Of a stretch of DNA of 64,000 nucleotides, positions 39,496-53,659 are shown one piece after another. Origin of the DNA: Trichoplax adhaerens. Lineage: Eukaryota > Animalia > Placozoa. Made by a program: the position numbers and the translations under genes. The number at the start of each line of letters is the position of its first letter. Positions within the stretch are counted from its first letter, which is position 1. Below the pieces are notes generated by a model. It ran no database searches. It was not told the DNA's origin and saw only the letters and a program-made list of their open reading frames with translations. The stretch spans positions 1,436,297-1,500,296 of the forward strand of contig NW_002060951.1 of the NCBI RefSeq assembly GCF_000150275.1, in the 5' to 3' direction.

Positions 39496-42400
39496 ATGGA
39501 GTTTATGGATATTATTAAAACACCTCAGGTGGAAAATGTAACGTTTACCATGGTAGGCGAAAGAAAGTCCGTGTCTGGAACTTTATGCTTAACATCGCAC
39601 CAGTTGATATTTTTTGATAAAGAAAACAAGAAAGACGAATTATGGGTATGTCTATAGGAATAGGTAGATAATGGTGTGTACTTTATAGTTCAAATACTAT
39701 AATACTTACTTTTATAAAGATCTATAGTAACAAGATTGTATTGATTGCAATTGCACACTATGATACAGCGAGTGTTGTCTAATTCACATTGCAATACCTC
39801 TGTCAAGTACTGAATTTTATCACTCCCTTTTCAATGGCTTCCTAGCTACATTATTAGTGGTGGAATACAGTAGTAGGTCTGTTAGAACTGTTGCATGCAA
39901 TGCACGCCTTTTAGTAATATCATGATAGATCATAGAGAGATACCCTAAGTGTACCCAGAAATAGGATATGGGTTGTTAACAGTGCAGTACTGCAGTGTAT
40001 CTACTGTATATATATATATATATATATATTTACGAGCGTAATTGCAAACTTTAATTACTATAACTAGAAAAAAAATAAAGAACACTTAAGTTACTCGCAA
40101 GCCATCGACCCCAACGTATATGCATCTGTACTCTCTTTTCAAGTTGACTTCATCCATGACTTAATCATCAGATTGTTGAGAGAATCTTTCGCCTGCTAGG
40201 AATACAATAATAATCACTCGTATAGCAATTGCAATAGTAGAAATTGGCATACTACTGTACATGATAGGGAATGCATTGTAGAGACTTTGTATAATATTGG
40301 AGATTATTTACTGTACTAGACCTGGTATAATATGCTGTAGTCAATGATTAATTTTCCAATATGATAATGGTCTCGGCTAGGATTTACATACTGTAATACT
40401 AGATGTCACAGATATTGTACAATTACAGTAATATCCAGTAGATCTGCCCATATCAAGAGTAGAAGATCGTAACTCTTGTGCGTTATCTAATTTCATATTC
40501 TACGGCATATCCAAACTATGCCTACGTGCATAGACAGTATACAGTGCAGTATATGCTATACAGAATACTGACGTTTATTCGCCCTGTAACATAAGATCAT
40601 TTTCCTCTTTATGTCTTAGATTTTCATATCCAGCATTGACTCCCTTGAAAAAAAGATCACTGATTCATCCCTGGTAGTTAACATTAGATGCAAAAACTTT
40701 CGCAATATCCAGCTAACAATAGGAGATATAACGAAAGCTTCTGATGCGTTCGAATCCATTGAAAAGTTGGTAAAAATCAGTGAAGGTAAATTGAAGATGT
40801 TCTAATTAATTTCTGTTGGATTGCACGCCTTTATGACATTGTTGATATTCGGTATAATCTTTTACATTTCCCTCTTTTTCACAATTGTACACGTCTACAT
40901 AAAGACTTTCTACAGGGTTCATATTGTAGAATTAGAACGTAGATGCTATAAATTAATCGACTACTTACTATTTTACAATACTTTATTATGCAAACTGTAT
41001 TTCAATTATTAAATACGTGTATTTGAATTGTTTACTGCAGACGAAATCGATAAGCATCACGCCTTCTATTACAACCCTAACTTTGCTATAACTGAAGACG
41101 GCTGGAAATCGTTTAACTTAGAAACAGAATATGCTAGATTAACTGCTGGATCTCGCGACTTTCGCGTATTAGAAGTTAATAAAGGATTTAAGGTACGTGC
41201 CAACTTACTTTGTCATTGATCGACATTTCTACAGCCACGTTGAAGCATAGTGACATTCGTGCAGATTACCGTGTATCTCATCTCAGTATATTATAACATT
41301 TTATTCCCTTTTTCTATCGTTAATGACGGTAGTTGAATACTTGACAGTCTAGTACCAATTGCCTAAAAGCTTATCATTAAATACATTTCTAGATCTGTAG
41401 TTCCTACCCGGAACGGTGCCTTGTTCCTTCTTCAGTCAACGAGAATATTATCTGTAAATCAGCCAAGTTTCGTTATCTAGGAAGATTTCCTATAGTATCG
41501 TATATCTACCATGCGAAAAAGGTTTGTGCCATTGTTTTCGTATTGAACGTAATTTTCTTTCGCTATTCTAATCTTGGAAAAACTTTCTTAATAATAAAGG
41601 CTGTACTGATGAGGAGTAGTCAACCATTATCTGGACCGAACGAATTGCGTTGTAAGGAAGATGAAAAGTTGTTAAATGCCGCAATATTTGGTCCAAAGCA
41701 TTGTTACATTGTGGATACCAGATTAACTAATTACGCTACCAATATTAAAAATAAAGGTTGAAGTTGATACTAACGCTTATAAGCACTACTATGCAGGAAA
41801 TTCTTATTGTTTATTCTAATACACTAAAAAGGTGGTGGTGTTGAGCCATCGTGTTACTATCCGCAATGGCACCGTATCCACCGTGGGATTGAAAACTACA
41901 ATTCGTTAAAGGATAGTTTAACAAAATTAGTAGAAGGTCAGTAGTAACGTATGAACTACTAGAGTTACCTTACTTCGCATAGCAGTTGTTAACCAAACAA
42001 TTATATATAGGTGTATTTCTTGTAATACAGTACAGTATATTGCGTGCCCTTGTCGCAAGGTTCAAATTAAACTGTTTCATTTCTTATTATTCGTATCCTT
42101 TCTGCAGCCACCAGTGATTTCGATTGTTCATCGAGCGCATGGCTTAGCCGAGTAAGCAGTAGCAATTGGCTCAATCATGTTAGATCTATTTTGAACACTG
42201 CTTGTTTCGTGATTGGCTATTTATTTGATGAAGGTATTTCGTTCACATTTTATTCCGGAGAATGCTATCCTTGATTACCGTAACAGTTTTTTGACTTATA
42301 ATACTATTTTATCTATTATAATGGAAAATTTTGCTTATGGGATTAGCTACAAGATTAAATTGTGTTGGGATTCTTTATAGGTGCTACGGTTCTAGTCCAT

Positions 42401-43825
42401 GGTAGTGATGGTATGGACGCGACTCTTCAAATAACATCTCTCGCTCAAATTATGATAGATCAAGACTGCAGAACAATTCGGGGGTAGGCTTTAATTATAT
42501 TATGGTTGTTCTCGATAATACGTTGCTATTTTAGTTTTCTTTGTCGTCAACCGATCTTCATTAGCTTAAGTCGGCAACATAAAGTAAGAAATCGCATACA
42601 TTAATTTTTTCGAATAGATTTCAAGCTTTAATTGAAAGAGAATGGTTGTTGGGTGGTCATCCGTTTTCGTCTCGTTGCTCTAAGCTTTGTAATACTCAAG
42701 ACATTTCCACCTCTCCTGTATTTCTTTTATTCCTTGATTGTGTTTGGCAGGTAAGAACTGTAACAGTTTTTAAGTTAGAAAATGTATTCAATCTAACAGT
42801 AAGTTTTAATTATACAGCTTCAGCAGCAACATCCTTGCTTCTTTGAATTCAACGAAGAGTTTTTAAGAGTACTAGGACATAAAGCATACTCATCTGAATT
42901 TGGTAAAATCCTTTAGGGATAGTACTATATTAAACAGTAAGCCAATAACATCAGATTTATCCGTTGATAGGTACTTTCCTGTATGATAGTCATGCTCAAA
43001 GACTACAGGCTCAATTGCCTAAAAGAACGTGCTCTCTTTGGTATGTAAATTATCTTTGCTGTATTGCATAAACTGTTATTGTTAGATTCATTTGTAATCG
43101 AAACTGTTCATTGGAACTAAACTTTTTATTTGCAGGTCTTACATTAATCAAGCTACCGTTATTAATGATTATATTAACCCGTCATATGAAATGAGAAAGC
43201 AAATAATTCGTCCTTCCACTGTTCCACATTGTATTGTATGTATGAAAATTTATCTTTGCCACTACAATGTATATGAATGGTCAAGTCATGGCTAACTATA
43301 TTTATATATTGCAGAAATTATGGTTATCAATGTATTGTCCGTGGCTAGGAATTAATGAAATTGAGAAAAGGAAGGTGACTACGTTGCGCGATATCAGTAA
43401 TGCAAATTTGACTTTAAAACAGCGCAAAGAAGTTCTTCAAAAGTAAGTCAGTTAATACTTATTTTTACAAATTAATTAATACCTCCTTTACTTAGCTTGC
43501 GTAACAAATTATAGTCAGGTTGTACAATATAATATACTATACAATACATCAGTACTAGATATGCCGACAATATGTTATTTGAACTTAAATATATTTCAAA
43601 AGCTTTCATAATATCTCAGCTTAGAATTTTGTATTACGCTCTCAGCTGATCATAGAACGTTTCTAGTTAATTAATTGAAGATGATATATGTTACATCGTC
43701 TCGACGATTTTATTGAGCACATGGTGTGACGTAGTAAACATTTGATATTCTACTAATTATCAATACATGCTTTTGTCAATGGTAGGAAACTTTTAGAACT
43801 GAAAGATGAGAAAAGCATGAAGTAA
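39496..43825 (+). CDS. MTMR9: Myotubularin-related protein 9 (catalytically inactive), multi-exon
   Basis: Starts MEFMDIIKTPQVENV. It has a PH-GRAM region (GTLCLTSHQLIF), AKFRYLGRFP, LMRSSQPLSGP and GGGVE. The signature reads VLVHGSDGMDATLQITSLAQ in place of the active VHCSDGWDRT. It continues REWLLGGHPF and PVFLLFLDCVWQ to a C-terminal coiled coil. Stop at 43823-25. Confidence 0.93.
40007..40029. repeat. (TA)n microsatellite in MTMR9 intron 1
   Basis: tatatatatatatatatatatat. Confidence 0.9.
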
Positions 43826-45720
43826 AGCCTCTGTAGTCGGTATCTATTCGATTAAAATTAGATGGCTAAGAAATAAAAAAAGTATCATTGGCTAAAACTA
43901 GCGAATAAGGTTGCACAATTATGTCCATTAAGAAAGTTTATTGGATTTCGAGATTATCTGTAGAATGTAAAGTAATAATGCTATTAAATTATAAAATCAG
44001 TACGTAGTGCTGCTATACTGTCTTTTTAAGTGGCCTCTGTGCACTATTGCTACAGTGCCATCCTGTAGTATTAAAACTCTAGGATATGTTTTTCTAGTAT
44101 TATATTCTTGCCTGGAAGTCCAAGTGCAATTAGTACTTAATACGTATATCGGTGTACGCTAATGACAGTTTTCTTAACTGTAATACATTTGAGCGAAATA
44201 TGTAAGAAGCAATACGAAATATTTGATGATGTAAATACTAGTTAATTCTAATGTAATCATCCATAGCAGTTAAAGTGTAATTTTCCATGTATATTTTCTA
44301 TATGTGTATGAAACTGTTATTATATGGCTAAGATGTAATTTAAATTTTCTTGTCAAAGAAAGGATATATCTGATTACAGTTGTTACTTAATTAATTGCAT
44401 TACGTTGCTCAATAATTTTAAATACTGATTGAATCACAGGATAGAATCAATAAAATGAAGCAGTATACTGATTGTAAATTTAAGCGCACAATGAAAAATA
44501 TTTTTAGTTTTATAACGTTAATGATCTACGTGTGTGCGCTTTACCAATTTCATTATATGAATAGATTGAAATTTTGGCAGACCTTTTGTTATAATCAAGT
44601 AAAATGTAAACACGAAAAACTTACTGTCATGATGAAATTTTTAATCAGTTCAATACTACGCAGTTATATTGTCGCTTTTATGATGTCGTTACCGATATAT
44701 TATGGAGACTATTGGCGCAATGCTGATTTTTACTTTTTTATCACATGTTCACTTGTACTAAGTCATTGAAAGATTGTAATGTGTCACCATGCACACCTTG
44801 ATAATAAACATTAGATTTATGTATAAACTGTCGGATGAATAGTCGAAATATAAACTCTACAAACCGGATATTATCATACTCGTGTCACTCAAATTCAACT
44901 TGAAAATTTAGCTTCCTCAAATCTTGATCAATATCAAAGTACTTTAATAGTTGATAACCAGAATATATTTATTATGCGGGTCGACAAAGTTCATTGACTG
45001 TTTATAAAGTACGTAAGGCATAATTATACGAATACTAAGCGTGTACTGCAGACAGAAGTAATTTTGTTTATTCTTTCTAATTAAATGTGCCGCAGAATGG
45101 CAGCTAGTTTTCCGTGTTATTATGTTCATATAATTTTTTAGGGTTTAGTTGGAGCCTGTTTACTCTGTTATAGAATACAGATGTAAAAGTCATGGCTCAT
45201 TCTTGCTGTTTTATTCTACGGAATCTTAGCCCAACCCTTCGTCTTAACATAATCTTAAAAGATTTCTTGTTAATTTTGTCAAAGTTAAAGACTGCTTGCT
45301 GTAGGTCATTAATCAATCATAAAATTGCAATAGCGTAGAGTGCAGTAGCATACCGTACTGTGTAGTCCATACTAGACCTGTTGCTATTTCTAAATCTAGG
45401 AAATACTCTCAAGCTACCGTTACAGTCCTGTACTGATCTGAACGATGGCAGTAGTAAACCCTTGGTGTGAACATTAAACAAGATGACTAATCTCTAGTTT
45501 AAGTAGCAATACTACCATATTTCCAAGGGACTTTGCTCAGGTGTTTACTTTTGTCACTTTCGATCAATATTCTAATTAGGTTTGTCAAGGTCAAGAGATG
45601 ATCATTTAATGAAAATTTATTGCTGTAACTCTATGAAGACTGTGAATGTAAATAATTCTAAATTCAATTTTGTATCGCTATTTCTTAACTTAATTAGAAA
45701 GTAAACATATTACTAAATGA

Positions 45721-46060
45721 TTTCGGATTAAAGAAGATGTAGATAGAATTTATAAATCCAAAATAGTCATAACTGATGAAATAGTACTTCAACAGAATGG
45801 AGAAAATAGAGTTCCATTTCTCCACATAGAATTTTCGAAGAATACCAAATTACTATTGCGTTTGTATGTCGGATTATATATTAAAATGGAGAAATACTCT
45901 TCGATTTGTTAATATTTTGATAAATATATTTTCAACGTTGTGTAGCTATGCAATGGGTATTTTTTTTATTATTGATAATTAGGATGAAATTATATCTTAA
46001 AGAGGAGACGCCTAATTGTTCGCTTCATCAATTTACAATCAAGAATTATAGATCAGTAAA
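45721..46060 (+). mobile_element. Degraded Penelope-like retroelement reverse-transcriptase fragment
   Basis: A 63-codon start-less open frame reads FRIKEDVDRIY..QNGENRVPFLHIE..LYVGLYIKMEKYSS. Frameshifted pieces follow: LINIFSTLCSYAMGI, DEII and NLQSRIIDQ. The order matches PLE RT thumb motifs (ExNxxLPFLD..GLYxxWxS..KINLIxTLxxRA..NGYPxxFID). Confidence 0.5.
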
Positions 46061-46119
46061 TCTACAATACCATTTGACAGGGTGATTACAGTTTGATACG
46101 AAATGACTATCTACATTTA

Positions 46120-47440
46120 CCGTAACCTTTATTTAACGTTAAAATATACAGCAGTATCGGTGGTGGTAGTACCCCCAACAAATGCACCACAATGCACTCG
46201 TATTTGTTTTGATGTATTATCATCCAATTTTTCTACTCTATCGTAATCATTTATGATCGTCGAGTTGATTAATAGCTCCAATATGTTATGCTACTGTATC
46301 ATCAACACTGGTGAATTTTGGTATTGATAGCTATTGCTCAACGGCATGCACGAAGTCGAAATGGATTACCTATGCAAACTATCCTGCCTATAAAAATAAC
46401 AATATTAGCGCTAGATCGCGGTATGCTGGTAGTCGCAGATTACAAAATAAATACAAATAGTACTTAAAGCACTGCAGATGAATTAATAGAATCTAGAATT
46501 GAACACTGTATAGCTTCAATAACAACTGGCATGGACCTACGAGCACATAATAGCCTCGATTGATTTGTATTTCATTTCAGTAATAAAGTTACGACATGTT
46601 ATCCCTAGAGAAAAATCAGAGAATATTTCAATCATAAACCAATTCATAATATTGATTGATGTAGATTAGCATAATACTCCTGTGATAATAGACCGCATAA
46701 ACTTAATCATGGCATTGTATTTATAGCAGTAATTCCAGGTGTCTACCACGGCATAAGTAGTAATTTTAACCTTAAATCAATACGGTGTTTATATTCTTAT
46801 ATGGATTGGCTTTTAACGAAATAGTACGGTACAATTTTCTAAAAGAAAGTCTGTGGATAGTGATAGTTGCTATTCTATCATAGTTGTTACTCGAATATTT
46901 GACTTACCAATACTTTTGGTATATAGGAAAGTTATTACTAACGGAATTAGAATGATTGAAAAGATAGAGTTTAATCCAATAAATAATTTCTAGTAGCTGT
47001 GATATTGATTTTAAGCTATATATTACCCTACAATTTACACTGTGTATTAATTGCTGAAGTAACTTTTAAATCTATTGGATTTCATTGTATGTATAAATAA
47101 CCGCTTCAATTATAATTATTACGTTCTAAAAACGTTCAGAAATTGATAACATAGATGTAATCTACTGCTCTTCATACTACTATGAATAAAGTTGGCGCTG
47201 GTATATTAGTGGATTACGACTATAACAACTGATATTAATTAATAAAAAATATTAAGAAATATATCGGCAGACTGGTTGCTGCAGGCATATTACTAGTTAT
47301 AAAGTAGCAATTGACTGCGGAATTACGCATATTTTTTACCTTTAGGCTAATTCGCCACCGTCTATGAAATAGTTTATCACAATATTCAGAATTACATCTT
47401 TCTTTATGATCCTGGCCTTGTTGACGAACGTATCTCCTAC
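46120..47440 (-). pseudogene. Relic exons of unknown family downstream of the YTH fragment
   Basis: AG/GT-bounded segments at ~47440-47340, 46770-46680 (VKITTYAVVDTWNYCYKY), 46604-46536 and 46387-46120 (GRIVCIGNPFRL..KQIRVHCGAFVGG), with scattered stops. Confidence 0.3.
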
Positions 47441-47605
47441 TGTTTATTAAGCAATACTGGTACATTATAATTATATACATATATTTATATAATAGTAATT
47501 AAATCACGATCATCTTTTGATTATATTATACCGGTAATGTTCACATCCACGAAAGTAAGAAATGACTAAACTTATAACTAATTATGACTTGAAAAGCACA
47601 CATAC

Positions 47606-47980
47606 AAGTCGTACTGTGTAAATCTACATCAAGTAGAAATCCTAGCCGTTCCAATTTCATCCTTTCTTTTTTCTCATAGTATTCAAAATCATTAAATATT
47701 GAGGTCTTGTGTTCGTAGTAATGAATAATTTTTGATACAGAGTGACCTTTCTCATCAACAATTTCTTGACAAATCATGTGAATTTATTACTGATTTGTAG
47801 TCATTATTTTCTAAGCATATATTACGGTATATACTTTAATGCGAAGTTGGGTATATCTTGAATGTAAATCCATCGAATCGTAAATTTTCCTTTCCAGCTA
47901 CTATGCTACCATAAGTGATCTGATTCTTTATAGTTTACTTCGGATGTTATCTTGGCTGCATCATAAAAATGATTATTCAG
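47606..47980 (-). pseudogene. YTH-domain (YTHDF-type m6A reader) pseudogene fragment
   Basis: Reads NHFYDAAKITSEVNYKESDHLW*HSSWKGKFTIRWIYIQDIPNFALKYI/CLENNDYKSVINSHD/CQEIVDEKGHSVSKIIHYYEHKTSIFNDFEYYEK. Compare YTHDF [79 protein letters not shown]. TAG at 47908-47906 and two frameshifts. Confidence 0.9.
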
Positions 47981-50087
47981 TCACATAACTTATACGCATT
48001 ATATAATATGATTTTTAACCTAAATGCTAACAATTATGGTTAGTTGCGAAAATTTCTGAAAGATTTTTGCCTTCTTTAACTACATGATTGAAGGGAAAAC
48101 AAATGGATAAAGAATTTATAGATTAAGATAGACCAAAAGCTTTGCAGAGTTTACGGATTTTACGCAATGGTATATGAAAGTTTATGAGGCCGATGGAAAG
48201 AAGACGTCAAAATGCTTAACCAAGATTATTACTGATTTCAATTGAATGTTTAATTTGAGTACTTTTTTAAAAGGATTTAAGTGCAAATTTTAATCGTTAG
48301 TACTGAACCATAGTTCGTAACGCTTTGATAAGAAGACGGCCAAAATACAGCACTATGCTGAGTTTTAATTTTACTTCAGGTAGACATTGCATCAATTATA
48401 TACAGATTTCGTATCTTTGTATTTTGTTATATAATATTGAATTTTGTTTTTAAGCAACGATAAGAATGAACTATGGTACATTAAATCAAATCTCTTAATT
48501 TAATATATATATTTAAATCCTTTGGATACAAAAAAAGTTCAAACCCTTTATTTAAATTTCTAATTGATTCGTTAAAGTTTAATTGAAATTGACCTACAAA
48601 CTACTGTAGACTGTTGAATGCCGTCTATTTATTGGTGTATTGGAGACTTACTTACATTTGGGTACTGAGATTCAACAAACTCTATCTTGCGGTCATAATC
48701 GTAATTATCCATATATAATACACGAATATATTATTTAATAATTTTACTACTTAAATGAATATATAAATGATGATGTCATGACCCTTTCCGCAATTTGTGT
48801 TAACGCATAATAGTATACACATATTACGCAATAGCATTATATGAAAGTGGCCATCTGACATTATAATGTAGAATTGTTTAAGCAGTGAGCTTCAATATTC
48901 TCGCGGTGTTCGTTAAAGTTAGTGCATGATATTTAAGAGACAGAGAGATTAAATTTATAGATTCTGCCGGCAAGTTATGTTTATTCACAATAATGAATTT
49001 ATTTACGAGTGGTATGATATTCATTAACAACGTAATCTACAATATTAGACGTTACAAGACCCATCCATAGACCACCATAAAAACGGTGAAATTCATAAAA
49101 TATACATTACTTGCAACAGTCGGTTAAACGACTTCGCGCACAAAATTTCAACAGTTTAAAGAATTACCTTGACTACAATATTGTATTTTTCTTTGCTACG
49201 TACATATTTGTATTAAATGCAAAGAGCATCATACCGCTACGTCTATCATACTTCTAGTAAATTTAAATAGCATGTACTGTATAATGTCCATAAGCTTGCT
49301 TCAGCTATATAATTGAACCATCTTTCAAATATACAATATAATAGTGTGGGTATACGTTTATCATTTATCCATAAGGGAAGCAAAGTATAGCCACATAACA
49401 GTAACAGCGGCAATTAACTAATTATTACTATTATCAAAATACAGTACAACGAAATTTATATCAACTTCGATAATCTACATACATATCCCATTACTAAAGT
49501 CTTGAATTTGGGTACAAAACGAATGATGACGCACATGGCATCTCATTCTCTAGCATAAAAATGATATTCTACTTCAGTAGAATATAAGTAATCTGAGTTC
49601 TTATAAAAAATGAATTATAATTAGATGCATCTTAATTAACGAATTACATAGGAACTATGAAATGATATCTGAAAAGGAAAGATCAAATAATAATCATCCG
49701 TTACATTATAATTTTACAACCTTATGATACCTAAAACATGATCTCCAAACTATAAACCAGCGTTGAACAAATATACAGTAAATAGATATCTAATGATACA
49801 TAAGATTTACATATGCAATAGTGCGCTATCTTAAGAATTAAAAGCGTTATCTCCATAAAACATTGTAAATTTGTACGTATTTTTGAAAAGTGACGACAAC
49901 TTGTGGTCAGTCAGAATTTATGTTACACTACTGCATTAATATAATATGCATAAAATGCATTACAGAACACTGAATGCAACTATGCGGGCTGGTATACGAT
50001 ATACGTTTAATAGAAGTTACTTCAGGATCACCAGATACGCTATACAGTAACCAATAATAAGGTAAAATGAACCATTGTCATCAGTTC

Positions 50088-53000
50088 CTAATCTAAAAAG
50101 CGAGTGCATGCCTTCTTCCAGCGGCATTGAGTGCACCAAAGATGACGATTTTCCATTCCGTAGACCTTTCTACACTTTTTACCATCACCTTTGCTCTTTT
50201 TTGTTATATACGTATTTTGTTCTTTAATAAAAACACTTTCAGTTGGTGACGAAGGTTTTACGCTAGCAACATCATCTACTACTTTATCCATTGTGACCTC
50301 AACCTCTGTAAAATAAAATTCTTCTTCTCCGTTGTCTAATTTCTCAGTATTGTCTCTGAATATCATAAAAATATATTACATATTATAAGAAATGAATAAG
50401 ACCAATTAATCTTAATATGCAGTATACTGTTATAAGTTTATATTTGTCTCGAGAGGTTCTTAATATGGTAGTGATATATATTATAACTAGATAACTGTGC
50501 AAAAAAAACGATAATAAAAACTATGTTATAGAATTGGCATAAAAAAAATAGGCTTCTATATGCTAATATGTAATGCTAAATATCACATGTCCTTATACGA
50601 AACTAGACAGCAATCAAGAAATAATTAATTTACCCAAAATGGATAGTACGGATATGGCGGATAATTCCTGGATAAGTAGACAAGACTTTCCTACATTTCG
50701 GCCATGTGCAACAGTAGACGGTTTTGATAGGTGACTGAAGAGATAATATAGTAAATATAAAATGAGTTCTATAAATAGAGCGTAGGATAGATACATCATT
50801 CGCTTAAGTTTATTAAATATCTATATCATCTTACACAATCATTATACCAGATTTAGGATGTAAGCTACTCGCATAAGGCTAAAACTTACACAATTCGCAG
50901 AAATGTCTGCTTGTTCAGCTTTAGTCTGCTCTTGAACTGGTGGCAATTTAGAGCACTCAGTACGAGGCGATTCATCGCAGATTTGCCGATACGATATATC
51001 GCTATTACACAAGGGTCGAGGAGAATCTATGATGGTATGAATCATTGAAGCGATTAGTATACTAATAAACAAAAATGGCTCCAAATTGAACAATGACAGA
51101 TACGGAGGAAATCAGCTACGTCTTCTAATCTACTGTACTATGTTCTTCCGCATCGAACCGAAATGAAACATCAATGTCCTAAATTAGCATATCAATTACC
51201 GCTTTCTTCAACACCTTTGCCTAATGGAGAGTTACATAGTGTTGTCAATACCAATGCGGCTTCTTCTTCACCCATCACATTATCTTCATCTAAACTAGCT
51301 CGCCTTCAAACACAATTGCATTAGTGTTAGCTTAGGTGTAACAAGCTTGCAAACGTTCATTAATGAAGATCAATGTTATCAAGATAGCATACATACTTAA
51401 GGATTAATGTTATTGTTAGGTGACAAAGGCAGATTTACGAGTATGTAATCTAAAATATATATATATATATATATATATGGTATACAAACAATATGGAACC
51501 AGTGCTACTAGCGACTACAGTAGTACATCAATAACGTAATGTACTGTAGATGATGATGTTGTCCAGCACCTATGTGTCATAGTGTATATACAGTACTGCG
51601 AATATCACATCTAAGCGTGCATACCATAGTGCTGTTTTGAAAGCACATGAAACTTGCACCATCAAGTTGATCCGGTCGTAGTGAAATTAATTCATACTCT
51701 ATAATCATGTACTGTAAATTTGTAATGAGCTGCAAGCGACAACGTGCATTCTATAATAGTACGACACAGTATGGCAGCACCGTGTGTTTCGGTCAATGTT
51801 GACGAAGGCATCATTACTCAGGTATTGTACGAAAGGGAAAGTAAGGCGAAAGTTGATGTCTTTTAGGAATGTAGGTTAAAATGATACAGAATCCCTGAGC
51901 TTGTGCAATCATCAATTTGCATTGAAATTAATTAATTACGTTGCAAGCAACAAGATGACGCATGCTGCTTTTCCCAACGCTTATTTGACCTTGACTGCAG
52001 ATCGCCTTTTCAGAGTCAGTTTTTACTGATTACGTAGTTCATATCAGCATGTACTGAACGTGGCAGATGATAATACAGTATTATTATTATTTTACAGTAC
52101 TATTCCACAACTGCAATACTGTACATTACTGTACATACAGTACTGTACTGCAGTTTGTCATCAGTTCCAGCAGATTGCTTTTATACTGCTTACTGCTTAG
52201 TGCTTACACAATGGAAACTATGGAAACATACGGTACAGTAATGGCTTACGGTGCACTAACCGTAAACTAAATTTTCTATACATTTATGGTATTGTTTTGC
52301 GGCACTGTAGCTGGGCGGGCGTCACCGATGATACAGTACATTAATATCGCATACAGTACTATGCACTGTATGCAATACTGTACTGGAGTGGAATGGGCGC
52401 TGTACCAAATAAAACTTTCTACCGTACTACACACATGCTTCTCTCTAACCAAAGTACGTAAGCACAGTTTCAGTACACGTATTGAGTATCCTTTACCAAC
52501 ATCTGCACAAAAGGTACGAAACTGTACTTTGTCCCAAAAAAAGAAAAATTGCCGATAGAGTCTGAATTAATTATTGAAAAATCATGGAAAATGTGCTAAA
52601 ATAGTCGACCGGTAAAGTAAAAGTATAGTATTTCAATGTGTGACCTATAAGAATATTGGCAGATAAAAGAAAAAAGGGGCTACATGATATTGCGTACTGC
52701 AGTCTATTAGCAAAAAACTATTGACGCAATTTAGAAATGAACTGTTGCGAGTTGCTACTTACGCCAAACAACAAGAGAAATTACTGTCGTCTTAATTGAA
52801 CGCTGTCATGATAGCAAAATTTTAAAAGGTTGTGCACTTTTCAAGTTCGATCACTGATACAGACTATACAGTAGCGACTAGCGACGTACAGTGCTTGCTG
52901 CATTAATTATAGGTGCAGCAAGTAGTGTTAACAACCTACCTCTTCGCTGCTTTGTAGATCACTTCGCGGGATAACGAACGCTTCAAACCATTACGATTTC

Positions 53001-53412
53001 TATATTTATTTGGAGTATCGGGGACCAAATTAACCTCAGCAACATTGCGAATGATAGTTACTTCTGGCTGCTTGCATAACTGTAATCGGACTTCTCCTTC
53101 ACGAACGCTGTGATCGATCACGTTTGCGGCTACCTGAGATCCATAATAGCTAACGTATGCGATCTGACCATAACGCAAGGGGTAGCCATTATCAAGGCGC
53201 TGAAAATTGTTTCCGACGATACGGTTGTAATCTACTCGTGAATACTGGCCGTTATCGAATATCATTGTATAAGTTCCTTGACCGTAGTTTAAAGCATCAT
53301 CGCCATTAACAAGCACGCCTGGATAAAAGTAGCCGTCGTCTGCTCTTGCCGCTACACGAACACATTTTACGCTGCTATTCAACGTCCGATGTTGTAAACT
53401 TGCTAGAGACAT
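50088..53412 (-). CDS. ZNF395/ZNF704/SLC2A4RG (HDBP/GLUT4-EF) family transcription factor with C2H2 finger and C-clamp
   Basis: Exon 1 (53412-52940) has a DUF4772-like [15 protein letters not shown]. The exon at ~51304-51230 has CR1 ([15 protein letters not shown]). Exon 50735-50634 has the finger [26 protein letters not shown]. The last exon has CR2 ([10 protein letters not shown]) and the C-clamp [30 protein letters not shown]. Confidence 0.93.
51455..51478. repeat. (TA)n microsatellite
   Basis: atatatatatatatatatatatat. Confidence 0.9.
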
Positions 53413-53659
53413 TATCAATCGTAATTTTAATCTCAATTTTTATCTGTGAGAATAGTTCGAATAATTCTATACTTGACAGAAGGTATGGAAAGAAGTTGAG
53501 AGACTGCAATATCTAGAGAAAAAATCCACAGAGTAAAGAAAAGTAGCCGCGACGGTTTTTGTTCCTGCTTAATCAACAACTACAAAAACTACCGGTTTTT
53601 CTGGAAGAAGGATACAGTAGAAGGTAGAGTTTGTTTTGAGATGATCATGGAGGTGTGGT

